DNA of 63,703 nucleotides, counting the filler, from Octopus bimaculoides (lineage: Eukaryota), in NCBI RefSeq assembly GCF_001194135.2. It is 8 parts of 8 records of this genome, joined end to end, with 100 filler letters (N's around TTAATTAATTAA, not from the genome) between each part and the next. Parts side by side here need not be neighbours in the genome. Positions count along the whole stretch, not along the records: positions 33,556 to 43,185 come from NC_068996.1; positions 43,286 to 58,136 come from NC_068999.1; 6 more parts are not named here. One strand, given 5' to 3'. The notes below the pieces were generated by a model that did not search any database, had not been told where the DNA came from, and saw nothing but the letters and a program-made list of their open reading frames with translations. Positions 39,849 through 54,461 of the stretch are shown in pieces (the stretch's first letter is position 1; each line of letters starts with the position of its first letter). The position numbers and the translations under genes were made by a program.

Positions 39849-40020
39849 GTTGAAATATATAGGAAAACAAAAGACGAAGACAGGTATATGCACAACAGGT
39901 GTATTAGTATTAGTATGACTCTCGGGAAAGTAAGAAAGTCTTTCACGTTTCGAGCCTACGCCCTTCAATAGAAAAGAAAAAGAGAAAATAAACAGAGCGA
40001 GAATAAAAGAACTTATGGAT
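39740..40020. repeat. Two copies of short repeat family E converging on one (AT)n tract
   Basis: 39740-39811 (plus sense) and 39850-40020 (minus sense) are both homologous to 57010-57175. Confidence 0.75.
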
Positions 40021-40758
40021 TCACCGATCAAATGGCGTATATATATATCATTCAAATACGGTAGTAGTTGAATAATATTTTTAAGGCTGCAATTTACTCA
40101 CACGCAGCATATTCAGAGCTTTGTCGCTAATTCAGTTCTTCACCAAACTGAAACCTGTTAACCTTTTTGAAGAGGACCGATCCCGAGTTACATTTTGGCA
40201 AAACAAATTGAAATTTAGTCCAGTAGAAAAAAGTTTACATCAAAATTTGTACCAACATTATAGGAGAGTAAGTATATTTTAAAAGCAAAATATATCCATC
40301 CGAGCTTCAATGATAAAAGAAAGCATGAGGAATTTCATAGTTTTGATCCCGTGTAACAAAAATTTGTATAAAAAAATGTTGTGATGTAAAATATCGTGAA
40401 AAAAACTATAGGGAAAAAAATTGGATTTAAGTATTATTAACGTTTTTATTCTAAGCTTAAATGACAGAGCTCAATTCGAGAAATTTCATGGTGTAAATCT
40501 CATTGCAATGAAGTTTTGAAAGAAAAAGGTTATGTGTATTTGAGGGCGATAATATAGTTCTTTACTTTTTTATGGATATAGTTCTAGGGGATTTTTGATA
40601 TATGTCACTGGCATCATTGAGGTTAGGGGAAAATTATCAATGACACCGTTAGCATAATAGCACAGCCTGGTAAAAACATGGATTACACGGAAAAATGCGA
40701 GCAAGAGAAATAATATTCTTAAGATTATAAACATGGAAAAGTACAGGACAAGTTATTA

Positions 40759-41478
40759 CAGTTGGAAAACTTCAGAAGTTATTAAACCAGGTAAAGTACA
40801 AAACAAGAAAATTTTTATTTAAAATATTGCAGCTAAGGATAAAATTTGAATATTAAAAATTATTTGATTTTAATTTACAAAGCAACTTTATAATTAAAAA
40901 AGGTACCATCATTTTGTTAAAATATTGACACATCAGAATACTTAAAAAATGGGAGCCAGAAGTACCAATATAGCTAAAGTTTTATGCAAAGTAGAGCAGT
41001 ATATATGGTAGACAAATTCGTTATGTAAAAAATAGGCATTGGGTCAAGGCTCAAAATATGAAGACTTGGCAATAACTTCGGTATTAGCTCAAGCAAATTT
41101 TACTATGAATTTGTTGTTATAGGTAGATTTTACTATGATATATAACTAATTTTTGTATTATTCTATTTATTGTACAAACTAATTATATACTTCTATTATT
41201 TTTATAACCTATTTTCAAACTTCTATTTATTAATTAATAATTTTTTTAAATAATTTTTTTAAAGTGCAAAAAATATTTTGAGTTTTTTTTTATATTTTTA
41301 ATAATAGTAACAAGTAATAACCAATAGAAATCACTTGTAATTAGATTTTTAGTTTTAATAAAAGCTAATATTTTCTAATTCTAAAATATTTTATTTGCAA
41401 TTTTATCCTAAGCTGCAATATTTTAAGTAAAAATTTTCTTGTTTTGTACTTTTAAATTTTCCTGAAGTTTTCCAAGTG
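40759..41478. mobile_element. Tc1/mariner-type MITE (720 bp)
   Basis: TA|CAGTTGGAAAACTTCAG..AAAGTACAAAACAAGAAAATTTTTA.TTAAAATATTGCAGCT.AGGATAAAATT on the left, and its reverse complement ending ..CCAAGTG|TA on the right. About 90-bp imperfect TIRs, AT-rich non-coding interior. Confidence 0.8.
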
Positions 41479-41755
41479 TAATGTCTTCTACTAAAAGTTC
41501 GGACCAAGCAAAGCCTTGTGAATAGATTTGATGGAAGAGAACTGAAACAAGCCCGTCGTATATATATGGGTATGTTATATTATATTATATTATATTATAT
41601 TATCTTATATATATATATATATATATTACATGGAACCCGGAACCATATGGTTACAAAGTACGCTTCTTACACACAGCCACGGCAACGCCTTTGTCTATCA
41701 ATCTATTTATTTTTTCTACCTCTCTGTCTAACTCTTAATTTATCTGACTGGCTAA

Positions 41756-41809
<54 letters not shown>

Positions 41810-42498
41810 CTATCTTCCCTTCTTTCTTTCTTTCTTTCTTTCTTTATTTCTATCTCGTTCTGCATCAATCTATCTATCTCTTGGACATCTGTCGGTCTAA
41901 CCGTTTGTTTGTTTTTCACTTATCCATACCTTTACTTTCTCCCTGTCAGTGCAATTATCGTTCAGTGAAATTCAATTCATTTATTTTGACCGCAAAATTA
42001 TACCAAATTGCAATGTACAAACAGATTAAAGCCATTTGTGGATGAAGGTCCGTGACAAAGGCCAAAATTGACGGCAAGGTGACGATTTTATCTGTCCCCT
42101 CATCACACAAGAAATTCTTTCTTATCCCATATTCTGTACCCGCTAATACACAACACCACTACGACTGTATATATGTATATAGTGAATAGATAGGAATAAT
42201 ATATCCAGGTGACTATCGTTCAAGCACTCAATTCAAGTTTAAATTATGGCCAACTGAACTGAGTAGCATGGCACACCTTGATTTTTTGAGGCAAGCAATT
42301 CCATTGTATTTAATCCGGGTAAATCCTGGGTTCGTTTCGCTGGATTATAAATATATTTCGAGTTTATATCAAAGATCATTACAATGCACATTTTTTAATC
42401 TTATTTTTACAATCAGTTATACACCATATTTAATTTAAATCTATCCAACGGTCGAGCACGAAATTTACGTATAGATTTTAGCTTGATTTGCAATAAAG

Positions 42499-42662
42499 TC
42501 GCAGGAGTGGCTATGTGGTAAGTAGCTTCCTTCCCAACCACATGGTTCCGAGTTCAGTCCCACTTCGTGGCACCTTGAGCAAATGTCTTCTGCTAAAGCT
42601 TCGGGCCGACCAAAGCCTTGTGAGTGGATTTGGTAGAGGAAACTGAAAGAAGCCCGTTGTAT
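42499..42662 (+). mobile_element. SINE family B, 5' half
   Basis: gcaggagtggctatgtggtaag..gagttcagtccc..aaagccttgtgagtggatttgg. Confidence 0.85.
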
Positions 42663-42669
42663 GTGTATG

Positions 42670-42848
42670 TTTTTACTGTGGCCATGCTGGAGCACCCCCT
42701 TTAGTGTAAAAATCGATCCCATGGCTTATTTTTTGTAAGCCTGGTACTTATTCTATCGGTCTCTTTTGCCGAATCACCAGCCAGGTTTCAGGGACGTAAA
42801 CACACCACCGTCGATTGTCAAGCGACGGTGGGTGGGTGGACAAACGCA

Positions 42849-42902
<54 letters not shown>

Positions 42903-43049
42903 CGTCTGGCTTCTTTCAGTTTCCGTCTACCAAAATCCACTCACAAGGCTTTGATCGGCCCAATGCTATAGCAGAAGATACTTGCTGAAGGTACCACCCG
43001 CAACCATGTGGTTGGGAAGAAAGCTATTTACCACACAGCCACTCATGCG
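42670..43049 (-). mobile_element. SINE family B, near full length
   Basis: Reverse complement carries head, (GT)n middle and tail. Confidence 0.85.
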
Positions 43050-44172
43050 TGACAGTAAAAAGTTTTTAAAATGTGCAGATGTATTATACTCTGTATTCAC
43101 TGTACTTTTCTTACACACCCACATACACGTATATGTATGTACGTATGTATGTACGTATGTATGTATGTATGTATGTATGTATGTANNNNNNNNNNNNNNN
43201 NNNNNNNNNNNNNNNNNNNNNNNNNNNNNTTAATTAATTAANNNNNNNNNNNNNNNNNNNNNNNNNNNNNNNNNNNNNNNNNNNNGTAACCGAAAACAAA
43301 TTGTATTGATTCCTTGAATAATAAATTAGAAAATATTATAGACATACAGGAAATATTACTTGAACATTGAAGACAGACCTTTTGTGTATGATGTGAGAGT
43401 GGACTGAATATATAAATGTTACAGAATTATGCTGCAAACCTGAAGATCACTAATCTGTTCCAATGAATGTGGTGCCTAAAGGGAACCAGATAAGAATATA
43501 ATGAATGAAGACGATAATAAATGCATTTATTATCGACCAATACACACGATCATGCGAACGAGAATTACTTCGCTTACCTCTAAAAATCATTGTGTAATAT
43601 CCTAGAACCGCTGAGGCAAGGACAGTTTCAGTTTGCTATCAAATTCACGAATGGGCTTCAAAATGTATTCCTAATATTTGATTCATGAATGAAAGAACGA
43701 AACACACACATCACATGGAGAGGGCACAAACATTACACAAATATATTCGTGACATATTCATTGATCTCTTTGTATTACATGAGGAAATATAATATGGTAT
43801 AATGTAATATAACACTAATAACATTTAGAATGATTGTTGTAATGAAAACGGTACACACTTCCCACGTGACAAAGTGGTATGAGAGCCATTAAAAAGACAG
43901 ACAGTATGTCGTTGTAGGAGTTCACTTGTATTAAATTCGTTGTATGAGTTCTCAGTTGGAGTCAGTGTCACGTGATATGTACGAGTTGAAAGTTCGACAG
44001 CACGATAGACCAGTCAATGATAATAAGACGCGGAATCTCGCCACACCATAATATTGGCGACAAGATTATTACAGTGCCGACGACAACACATAGGTGACAG
44101 TGTACTGATGTATGACCAAGGGGAAAGTTATCTAAGAATCTACAAAAATGAGTGTTCAAATAATTCCATATT

Positions 44173-44249
<77 letters not shown>

Positions 44250-45528
44250 AATACACACTTGCCCACACACATATGTATAAGTTCAAACTATATAGCAAAT
44301 GCAGAAACGACACGCAGACGCAGAATTGCAGGTTAAATAACATATTAGATGTACAGATGACTGGAAAATAACCACAGAGCTCTCCAGTTCCCTCCCAATT
44401 ACTTATCGACTGTTGGTTCTAACGCAGTTTCATACATGTAGCGATAATATTGATTCCCAGCTGGAGACACCTGCAAGAACCGCAAGGAATAGGGAACCGA
44501 GAACAGACAAACAATTCATGGATAACAAGCGATACAGAAGTGCACATTCATTTTAACTAACGTATTCTTATAACAATATAGGACAAATTTGTATTGGCTA
44601 CCTTCATATTATTAGCGGCACTACGCATAGAATACATTTAAAGTCAGTCTTCCAATGAAATGTTTGCATAGCGTACTTAATAAGAAAGTGGCTTGATTAT
44701 TAAGCGGATCTATTGAGTCTATTATGCGCAAAATGTTTATGGAAACCCAAGATGATTCTAGAAACCTATAGAATATAATACTTAAATATTTTATGGACTT
44801 TATAAGAGGAAGTAATGTATTACTGTGTAAACATTAAGAATTTACAGCCAAATTATTCATACACAAAATAGCAGATATTTATTGCATATAGCTTCATCTC
44901 TGAACACATTGCATTAATGAATTAGTAATCCAGAAATGTTTTCATAAGATCGGAGTATACGCTGGAAATTTTCTCAGAAATGCATTTCCCTATGAATATC
45001 TAATATATTACAAAATATAACAACAAATATATAATGTGCTAATGTTTATACATTAAAAGATAAAAGAGGATGTCGCACTGTAATCCTTTCCCATATTTCA
45101 TATGGCGACTCGTACAATATGAAGTAAACAGATGAGGATGAACGTCGAAATCATTCTTAGAAATCACGTTGCATGGCTAGCATTGCAGATAAACGAAGAA
45201 AATTTGACATACGCATTGTACACGAAAGTTCACGCGCGTATATATCAATACACAGAAATAAATGCACGCACTATCAAAATACCGATGTATACTTTGCCAT
45301 GCGCAAATTATGCATACATGTACGTTTACATGCATACATATTTACATACACGTATCCATATATATATATATACATACACATATATATATTTATTAGTGCT
45401 CCAGCATGGCCGGAGTCAAGTGACTGAAACAAATGCAAGAAAAAAGAATATATACATATCTATTTTTCTATACGTATATATGTATATATATATATATATC
45501 AATATATATATATATATATACATGCGTT

Positions 45529-45568
<40 letters not shown>

Positions 45569-48500
45569 NNNNNNNNNNNNNNNNNNNNNNNNNNNNNNNN
45601 NNNNNNNNNNNNNNNNNNNNNNNNNNNNNNNNNNNNNNNNNNNNNNNNNNNNNNNNNNNNNNNNNNNNNNNNNNNNNNNNNNNNNNNNNNNNNNNNNNNN
45701 NNNNNNNNNNNNNNNNNNNNNNNNNNNNNNNNNNNNNNNNNNNNNNNNNNNNNNNNNNNNNNNNNNNNNNNNNNNNNNNNNNNNNNNNNNNNNNNNNNNN
45801 NNNNNNNNNNNNNNNNNNNNNNNNNNNNNNNNNNNNNNNNNNNNNNNNNNNNNNNNNNNNNNNNNNNNNNNNNNNNNNNNNNNNNNNNNNNNNNNNNNNN
45901 NNNNNNNNNNNNNNNNNNNNNNNNNNNNNNNNNNNNNNNNNNNNNNNNNNNNNNNNNNNNNNNNNNNNNNNNNNNNNNNNNNNNNNNNNNNNNNNNNNNN
46001 NNNNNNNNNNNNNNNNNNNNNNNNNNATATATATATATAAATTTTATTTTTGTACCGTCGTATGACTTTCCGGCTATTAACTACACATGTCTCATTTCGT
46101 GTAAAGATGGGTGTTTTCTATGGTAACCAATGATATGAAATCCATGTTCATCATAAATCCTTAAAGAGTTAAGGACTTCAGAAGTTTGCAAATTTCGCGT
46201 AATTGCAGCCAATCGAAAGTCACAGGCATATAGATACCTCTTGCCAAATTAAAAATTTAAGCTGGTAACAAGCTGCTCGCCAACGTGGTCATTTTTGGCT
46301 TCTTAAATACTACTAATGAGGTGAGATATGGTCGTGAGAGGTGCTAAAAATAATACCTAAACAGGATTTAATCACGCATAGAAAGATTGTTGTTTTGGGA
46401 TTTTTTGGTTTTAGTATAATCGTATGTGGTCCTTTGTGTAGAATACAATTACAGAAATTACTTTTGAAAATTACAAAAACTAAAGAAGTGATTAGAGGTT
46501 ATATGGTACGTGTAAAACAAAATTCCATCCACTTTTTATTTGTCTACAGCTAACAACAGTGTCGTCCACGCACAATGTAATGACTTCTAAATTTTGTTTT
46601 CTAACTGGGTAAAATATTAATTTTTGAAATTATATAACATTTTTAGATTAGATAGACACAAGGAAATGGACGGAAATGGGATTGTTAGCTCAGGTACCCC
46701 TGAAAAATAAACTATTGGAAGCATTCTAATAGATTCCCATATGCTATGTTATTGTCAGGTAAAATACGAAGAACTGGATCTTGTATATTTTCTCTCTTTG
46801 CCAGGCACCACACATTTTGCAATAATGTTTCTTTGTGTTCGATAAATGCATTTTCCGGAGTATGTGACATTCCGACGGATGTACGCCTTTCCTACGCACA
46901 CGAAACACTTCTAGCCATCTCATCCGTATATATGATTGCCATGCAGTATTGAGATTTCTTAGGTAGATCCAAGTTTTCTATCCGAGAACATATTTTTTAA
47001 TATGAAATATGTATTCCACGAATAGCCTCTAGTGTGAAAGACAAGATAAAATGCAGAAATATGGAGCACAGTTAAACAACAATAAATTTTACCAAAGTTA
47101 TAAGTACGTGCACGTCTGGGACGGTGTTTGCATGTGAAAGTGAGTGTGAGTAGTGTACAAATGTATACATATAAAAAAGTTATTGTTTTAACACAGATGA
47201 GGAGACATAAGCTATGGCATTTTATTATGTGTGTGAGAACATAATTTGATCGTAAAATGTGCGTACGTCTTTATATATTTGCATGTGCAGATAATTCATT
47301 TTAACTTTTGTGCGAGAATCTGTATATTTCAAGAGTGATTTCTGCATAGAACGCCTTAGAAATATAGACAACAGGCAATTCAAATCGTATTAGAAAAATA
47401 TGCACGTTTAGAAATATCAGGAGAGCAGTAAGTTTTAGAAACAGAGACAATTAGTGTGATAAAAATGCAGAGATTGTCCAAATATTGTATTCCATGTTAA
47501 CGTAAGAAGTCTATGTTAATAACTGAATGCCTGTTGCCTGACAGAATTTAAGTGTCAAAGAGCTTTAGGAATTGCCGAGTGTCATAAATATAAACTCACG
47601 CTCACTTTCCCTCACATATATAACGAGGTCATTCTACTATGGTTTCCATCATCGATACAGTTACGGCGGCAATATGCATCGACACTCGCTCAGAAACGCA
47701 AAATAAAAAAAAAAGGGAACTAAAATAGTATTTTAAAGCTTTAATGTTATCTCCTCCATCTTGGAATGTTTTAAGTGAAAAAGATTTGCTCTATATCTTA
47801 GTCCCTCGGGGACATTGCAGTTTTATTTGAATTCTAATCGTGTTCTATATGTGAGTGGGTGTTGTCTTTAATACTAATGCTGATTTCAACACTGAGGTCA
47901 TTTTACATTTTAATTATAACACTAAAACTATTTTGAAATGTATATTCATCTTATGATATTTCAGTTATACGTCATTTATTACGTGATGTGTTTTTTTGTT
48001 ATAATTTTCGATTTCATATAAACTATAAAATTATAATCAGTAGTTTTCCTTTCTTTTATTTTCAAATATATTGCTTTGTTTTAAAATACTGAGTAATAAT
48101 TTCGTAATATTAAAAGTAATTGTAAAATTTTTGTTTTCATGTTTCAGTATTTTTTTCTGTATTATACTACGTTGTTTATATTTCATCTAATATAATTTAA
48201 GGAAATCAACTTTATTTGTAATTAGATATTAACAATTGCGTTCAATTTCGGATTCGGTATTTCAATGAACTGTATACAACTTCATTAATTAAAAAACCTT
48301 GTAATATAAACATAACAGAACTCATAAACAACAATACCCGAATTATAACAAAATATTAATTTAGGAAAAATCTTTGAGGAATTAAATCTTATATGTCGTT
48401 TTATATAAATTTCGAATTAATAAAAAAACTATTCTTCCAATATAGAGTCTCTCTCNNNNNNNNNNNNNNNNNNNNNNNNNNNNNNNNNNNNNNNNNNNNN

Positions 48501-49033
48501 NNNNNNNNNNNNNNNNNNNNNNNNNNNNNNNNNNNNNNNNNNNNNNNNNNNNNNNNNNNNNNNNNNNNNNNNNNNNNNNNNNNNNNNNNNNNNNNNNNNN
48601 NNNNNNNNNNNNNNNNNNNNNNNNNNNNNNNNNNNNNNNNNNNNNNNNNNNNNNNNNNNNNNNNNNNNNNNNNNNNNNNNNNNNNNNNNNNNNNNNNNNN
48701 NNNNNNNNNNNNNNNNNNNNNNNNNNNNNNNNNNNNNNNNNNNNNNNNNNNNNNNNNNNNNNNNNNNNNNNNNNNNNNNNNNNNNNNNNNNNNNNNNNNN
48801 NNNNNNNNNNNNNNNNNNNNNNNNNNNNNNNNNNNNNNNNNNNNNNNNNNNNNNNNNNNNNNNNNNNNNNNNNNNNNNNNNNNNNNNNNNNNNNNNNNNN
48901 NNNNNNNNNNNNNNNNNNNNNNNNNNNNNNNNNNNNNNNNNNNNNNNNNNNNNNNNNNNNNNNNNNNNNNNNNNNNNNNNNNNNNNNNNNNNNNNNNNNN
49001 NNNNNNNNNNNNNNNNNNNNNNNNNNNNNNNNN

Positions 49034-49070
<37 letters not shown>

Positions 49071-49584
49071 AGATATGTGTGTGTGTGTACCTGTTTGTAT
49101 TTATGCGTGTATGTCTGTGTGTTTGTGTGACGTTAAGTATATCATATCATATCAACAACTGAAAAGGTTTTACAATAATGCTTTTTTATTATTTAAATGA
49201 TATTTTACTACAGGGTATTTTATTATCAAATTTCAACACAAGCATATATATACGAACACACTTACACACACCTACACACATATACGCACACGCTTGTGAA
49301 CACACATATACGCATGTGCACACACATGCTCATAAATATATGCTTGTTTCTATTCATGAACACAGACATGCACATAAATAAGTATTGCTTTGTGTATGTA
49401 GAAGTGAATACGTCTAACTATTAATACAGAAGATGTTAACATCTTTAGATGTTTTATAAGTAAATTAAATTCTCGCAAATCGAGTCTCCTACATAAATGT
49501 ACACGCCGGCTTACATATAGACACTATATATTTATGCGTTGATGATATATTTCTGTGTTACTCTTTTAAGTCCAAACTAAAACT

Positions 49585-49627
<43 letters not shown>

Positions 49628-50789
49628 NNNNNNNNNNNNNNNNNNNNNNNNNNNNNNNNNNNNNNNNNNNNNNNNNNNNNNNNNNNNNNNNNNNNNNNNN
49701 NNNNNNNNNNNNNNNNNNNNNNNNNNNNNNNNNNNNNNNNNNNNNNNNNNNNNNNNNNNNNNNNNNNNNNNNNNNNNNNNNNNNNNNNNNNNNNNNNNNN
49801 NNNNNNNNNNNNNNNNNNNNNNNNNNNNNNNNNNNNNNNNNNNNNNNNNNNNNNNNNNNNNNNNNNNNNNNNNNNNNNNNNNNNNNNNNNNNNNNNNNNN
49901 NNNNNNNNNNNNNNNNNNNNNNNNNNNNNNNNNNNNNNNNNNNNNNNNNNNNNNNNNNNNNNNNNNNNNNNNNNNNNNNNNNNNNNNNNNNNNNNNNNNN
50001 NNNNNNNNNNNNNNNNNNNNNNNNNNNNNNNNNNNNNNNNNNNNNNNNNNNNNNNNNNNNNNNNNNNNNNNNNNNNNNNNNNNNNNNNNNNNNNNNNNNN
50101 NNNNNNNNNNNNNNNNNNNNNNNNNNNNNNNNNNNNNNNNNNNNNNNNNNNNNNNNNNNNNNNNNNNNNNNNNNNNNNNNNNNNNNNNNNNNNNNNNNNN
50201 NNNNNNNNNNNNNNNNNNNNNNNNNNNNNNNNNNNNNNNNNNNNNNNNNNNNNNNNNNNNNNNNNNNNNNNNNNNNNNNNNNNNNNNNNNNNNNTATATA
50301 TATATATATGCGTGTGTGTGTGTGTGTGTGCGTGTGTGCGCGCGTGTGTGTGTATAATAAATATGTACATATGTCTAGGTGAAATAGTTCGTATGTGTAA
50401 ACACGAGGCTGGATGAACAAAGGACAAAATAGAGTGGGAAATCTACGCAAGGCCTGTGTTACATGGTTAAAAAATATATTAATATCGTTATGTTAGAAAA
50501 ATGTTACAAAAGTCTGCGTGTAGTAAAACAGTTTTGGGAGAAACAACCGATTTGGTATTTGTTTTTTGAAATTTCTCAAGTATCCTTACCTAGACCGTGT
50601 CATCTCCTCAATATGTAGTGAATTATAGACTTCCAGACAGGGGAGGTAACCAGGGGTATCTTCGGTATAAGGGAGATGAGAAAAAATGTTAGGAATGGCT
50701 AGGTTTTATTAATTTAGCATGATTCGGTTTAGAAAGAATAGAAAGTTAGATGTGGTTAGGTTTTGCCTTACATTTTTTAAATTAGATAC

Positions 50790-51620
50790 GTTTACTTATT
50801 TATTCTAACTTGTCTTGGTGTTCCAATGACACATTGATGAAATGGAATGAGTGAAAATTTTAGTAACAGTTGCTTTTCGTATTTCTCAATATGTTCACTA
50901 AAGGTTATCATTCTGTATTCTGGGAATGTAATCTGCTGACGGTGCAGATCGCATCTGCATCTGAGTGATAATCCCGTGGACCCTATGTAGATTTGGTGGC
51001 AGCCCGAGCAAAATCACGTTTTCTGACACAAATCAGGTTTCTGAAGCACAAGTAAAGACAGACTTGATTTTCAATTCCTGTCCCTCTTTGAAAAGGAATT
51101 CTGATCCTTCCAGAAGGCTTTAGCATGTTGCGCATTTTGATCGATCACATTTTTTTCAATTTTGCGTCGGTTATTGTACAAAATAATTTTGCCTTTGTGA
51201 GGATCTTTATAAGTTATTTTCGTTGTCCGTGGCTTTTAATGATCTTATGTGTGTGTAAAATTTCCTTTAATTTGCGGCTCTTGTAGCATTGAGAAATTTT
51301 GTGTGATGGTAGTGTAGTTTTCTTTGACTCTGGCGCTGTATGTGAATATGTACGACAGTATTTTCGGGGAAGGTGTGTTGCTGCGTTGAAATTTTCTTAA
51401 GGATTCTACGTGGATTAATGTTGCACGCCTGATTCCAACATTTATGGGTTGAACTGGGTACTGTTTTTTTTAATTAGGGTGTTTTATGTTCGTGCAGTCT
51501 AAATGCTCTGGTATATTTTTGTGACACTACTGTGCATATCCTTCTTGCAATCGTGAAGGGAATGTCTGTTTTGGTGTGCTTCGGGTGTCATGTATTAAAT
51601 AGTACATATTGTTAGGCTTC
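50790..51620 (-). mobile_element. Penelope-like element remnant (RT thumb/linker and GIY-YIG)
   Basis: KKCDRSKCATC..FTCAS..CSGCHQIYIGSTGLSLRCR..LHRQQI..PEYR..SEHI, with frameshifts. Confidence 0.75.
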
Positions 51621-52371
51621 TGTGGTTTTTAATTTAGGCTTACTTTTTTAATTAGTGTATGCCAAAATTGGAAGTTATTTCGTGCCTAAATAACTCTAAA
51701 TATAAGTTTATATAAATGCTGTAGCAATGGAATGCTGCGTCTCTGTCTGGAGTATATTCAAAAGCTTTTCTCTTATTCATGCAAGTAGTCCATTCCTTTT
51801 CAATGTTAATGTTAAAAAGTTAAAATTCTCTCGATCTGTATTGCAGTATTATTATGGCTTCCAAATACAGGCTTCCTGCTTCAATGGAACCTTTGCCAGA
51901 GAACGGTGTACGCTAACAAATACAAATTGATATCAACAAAATCTATATGATTTTGGTATGCTGGGTTTGTCGAATGTTGACACCTTCGAACGGAGGTCTA
52001 TGCTCAAATGATGGAATAATTTTTAATAAAAGTAAAACATGCAAACATAACTTAAGAGACCCTGATATGATAAACCAGAGCGTGTTAGTCTGGGTTCGAG
52101 TGAGCAGTGGAAACACCAACCTTGTCTTTATATACAGACATCTGTAGGTGAGCCCTATTTGGAAATTAAAACAGTTTCCAAACCGGTAATCTTTGTGGTG
52201 CTTGATTCATAACTACTTTCCGTTGTAGGTAAAAGTCTTAATGGTGTAGTACAAAATCGATTTTTTTTTAAATTTCCGCACTAATATTGAAAATTTGTCA
52301 GAGATTGTGATACCTGTTTATCAGTTAACAACCACTGTGTTTTTGTGTTTGAATGTGTGTGTGTGTGTGTT

Positions 52372-52420
<49 letters not shown>

Positions 52421-53342
52421 ATGTGCGTGTGCGTATTTTGTTGTGTGTTACCATATTTGATGTATCATAATGCTTTTGTTTCGGTTAAGTATGTTATACA
52501 CAATCAAGATATTTTGGACTCACCTTTTATGAGTTTTATTACAGCGTTAAAAATATTTTGGTGTTTGTTTAATGTTTTATATATATTTTTTTTCCTGAAA
52601 TTTTTTTCCCGTGGCAATAATTTAATTCCCTCCAAACTTTTATTTACTTTTCAAATACCAAAGTTTGAATTTTGTATTTATATCCAGTAAATATTGACTG
52701 ACTATCAATATAAAAATATTGAAGTTTTTCATTACCATTAAATAAACTTTGTTACGTCACTGCATGTTTGCATAAGAAAGAAAAAAGAAACTTGCTGAAA
52801 CCTTTGTGGATTTTATTACGGAGGATTAATCATTATATACCTACCATGGTAACACATATATTAGACAGTATTCTTTGCAAAATAACAGTACTGCTTGTAC
52901 AAAACAAAATGCTTATTACTTAATTTCTCAATAAGATGTTCTTCTAATAAAATATATAATTCAAAGTAATGTCATCACAACTGCAAACATTCGAGATTGT
53001 TTATCGTACATGAAAATAATGATAGAGCGATATCAATGTCTGCATGATATAAGTCTGAAAGATATTTCCTATAATAAGTGGGAAATTAACCATCTCATGA
53101 TATTTACGAATATGTTGATTGACCGTAGTTTGGTACGTTCTTGAATCTCTGATGAATGATATTAAAACATATTGAAATAGCTGTTGTAAATTTATAGTAT
53201 TTCATGAGAAAGGCCCGTGGTGTAAATTGTAAAAAAATTGTGGTCTCATCAATAAACACCTGTATTAGGTAAATTTCTTTCTCGCAATGATTTGTTATCA
53301 ATGAATCTCAATCGTTTATTCCTCGGAGGTACCTGGGCTTAT

Positions 53343-53636
53343 AGGCGCAGGAGTATCTGTGTCGTAAGTAGATTGCTTACCAACCATATGGTACCGGGTT
53401 CAGTCCCACTGCGTTGCACCGTCGGCAGGTGTCTTCTGCTACAGTCATCGGGCCGACCAAAGCCTTGGATTTCGTAGACAGGAACTGATACTGGTGTGTT
53501 TACGTCCCCGTAACCAAGTAGTTCGGTAAAAGCGAATAAGTACTAGGCTTAAAAAGAATAAGTACGGAGGGCGATTTGTTCGACTAAAGTCGGTGCTCCA
53601 TTATAGCCGCAGTCAAATGACTGAAACAAGTAAAAG
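53343..53636 (+). mobile_element. SINE family B with internal deletion
   Basis: Head and tail are present, and the microsatellite middle is missing. Confidence 0.85.
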
Positions 53637-53723
53637 TGTATCAAAATATAGTTTTTTGTGCGCGTTGCACATGTACATCATAGTATGAGAACGTGTGAAT
53701 ATGAGAGAGCAAACGTACACGTT

Positions 53724-53756
<33 letters not shown>

Positions 53757-54384
53757 GGTAGGTCATATAATTCCAAACACAATTGCAAATGCTATTTTAT
53801 GTACACACGTACTAAGGAAAGATGTACGATCTTTGCGGTCTTTCATTGCTATTTCTAATATATTCAATGACCAAATAGAGACTTCTTATTCGGCGATTGT
53901 ATTATATTCGCAATATGCTGATTTTCTACACTATCACACCAGACAATTTAAATATTTTCTTTAGAATCACAGTAATATTCTTCCTTCTCTATACTGAATA
54001 CTAAATCAGGTTTGTATTAGTGAAGGCCTGTCACTGCTACATAACAAAATATGTAGTAGTATTCGTTTGTTTATTTTATCAACAATGGTCGACGTTATTG
54101 GACGTGTTGTAATTCACAGGTGTTACGATATACACATCCGATACCACGTACATCACCAACCAGAATTTCTTCGGTGGTAATCAATCTGGACGCCGTATAA
54201 ACTGACTTTATCACGGGTTTTCACGAATTCTAGTTATGGGTGTGACAAGCGGAATGCTTATAAGGAAGTTTTTGGCTTACACACACACATAGATACACAT
54301 GCGCGCGCACGCACACACATATGTATGCATGTATATATATATCCATGTATACATATGCATGTATATACACACACACACAAACCG

Positions 54385-54461
<77 letters not shown>

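Noticed and set aside
46750-46940. Minus-strand KCFVCVGKAYIRRNVTY resembling a piggyBac cysteine-rich domain
   Set aside because: The cysteine pattern is incomplete, and there is no transposase core or matching TTAA termini.
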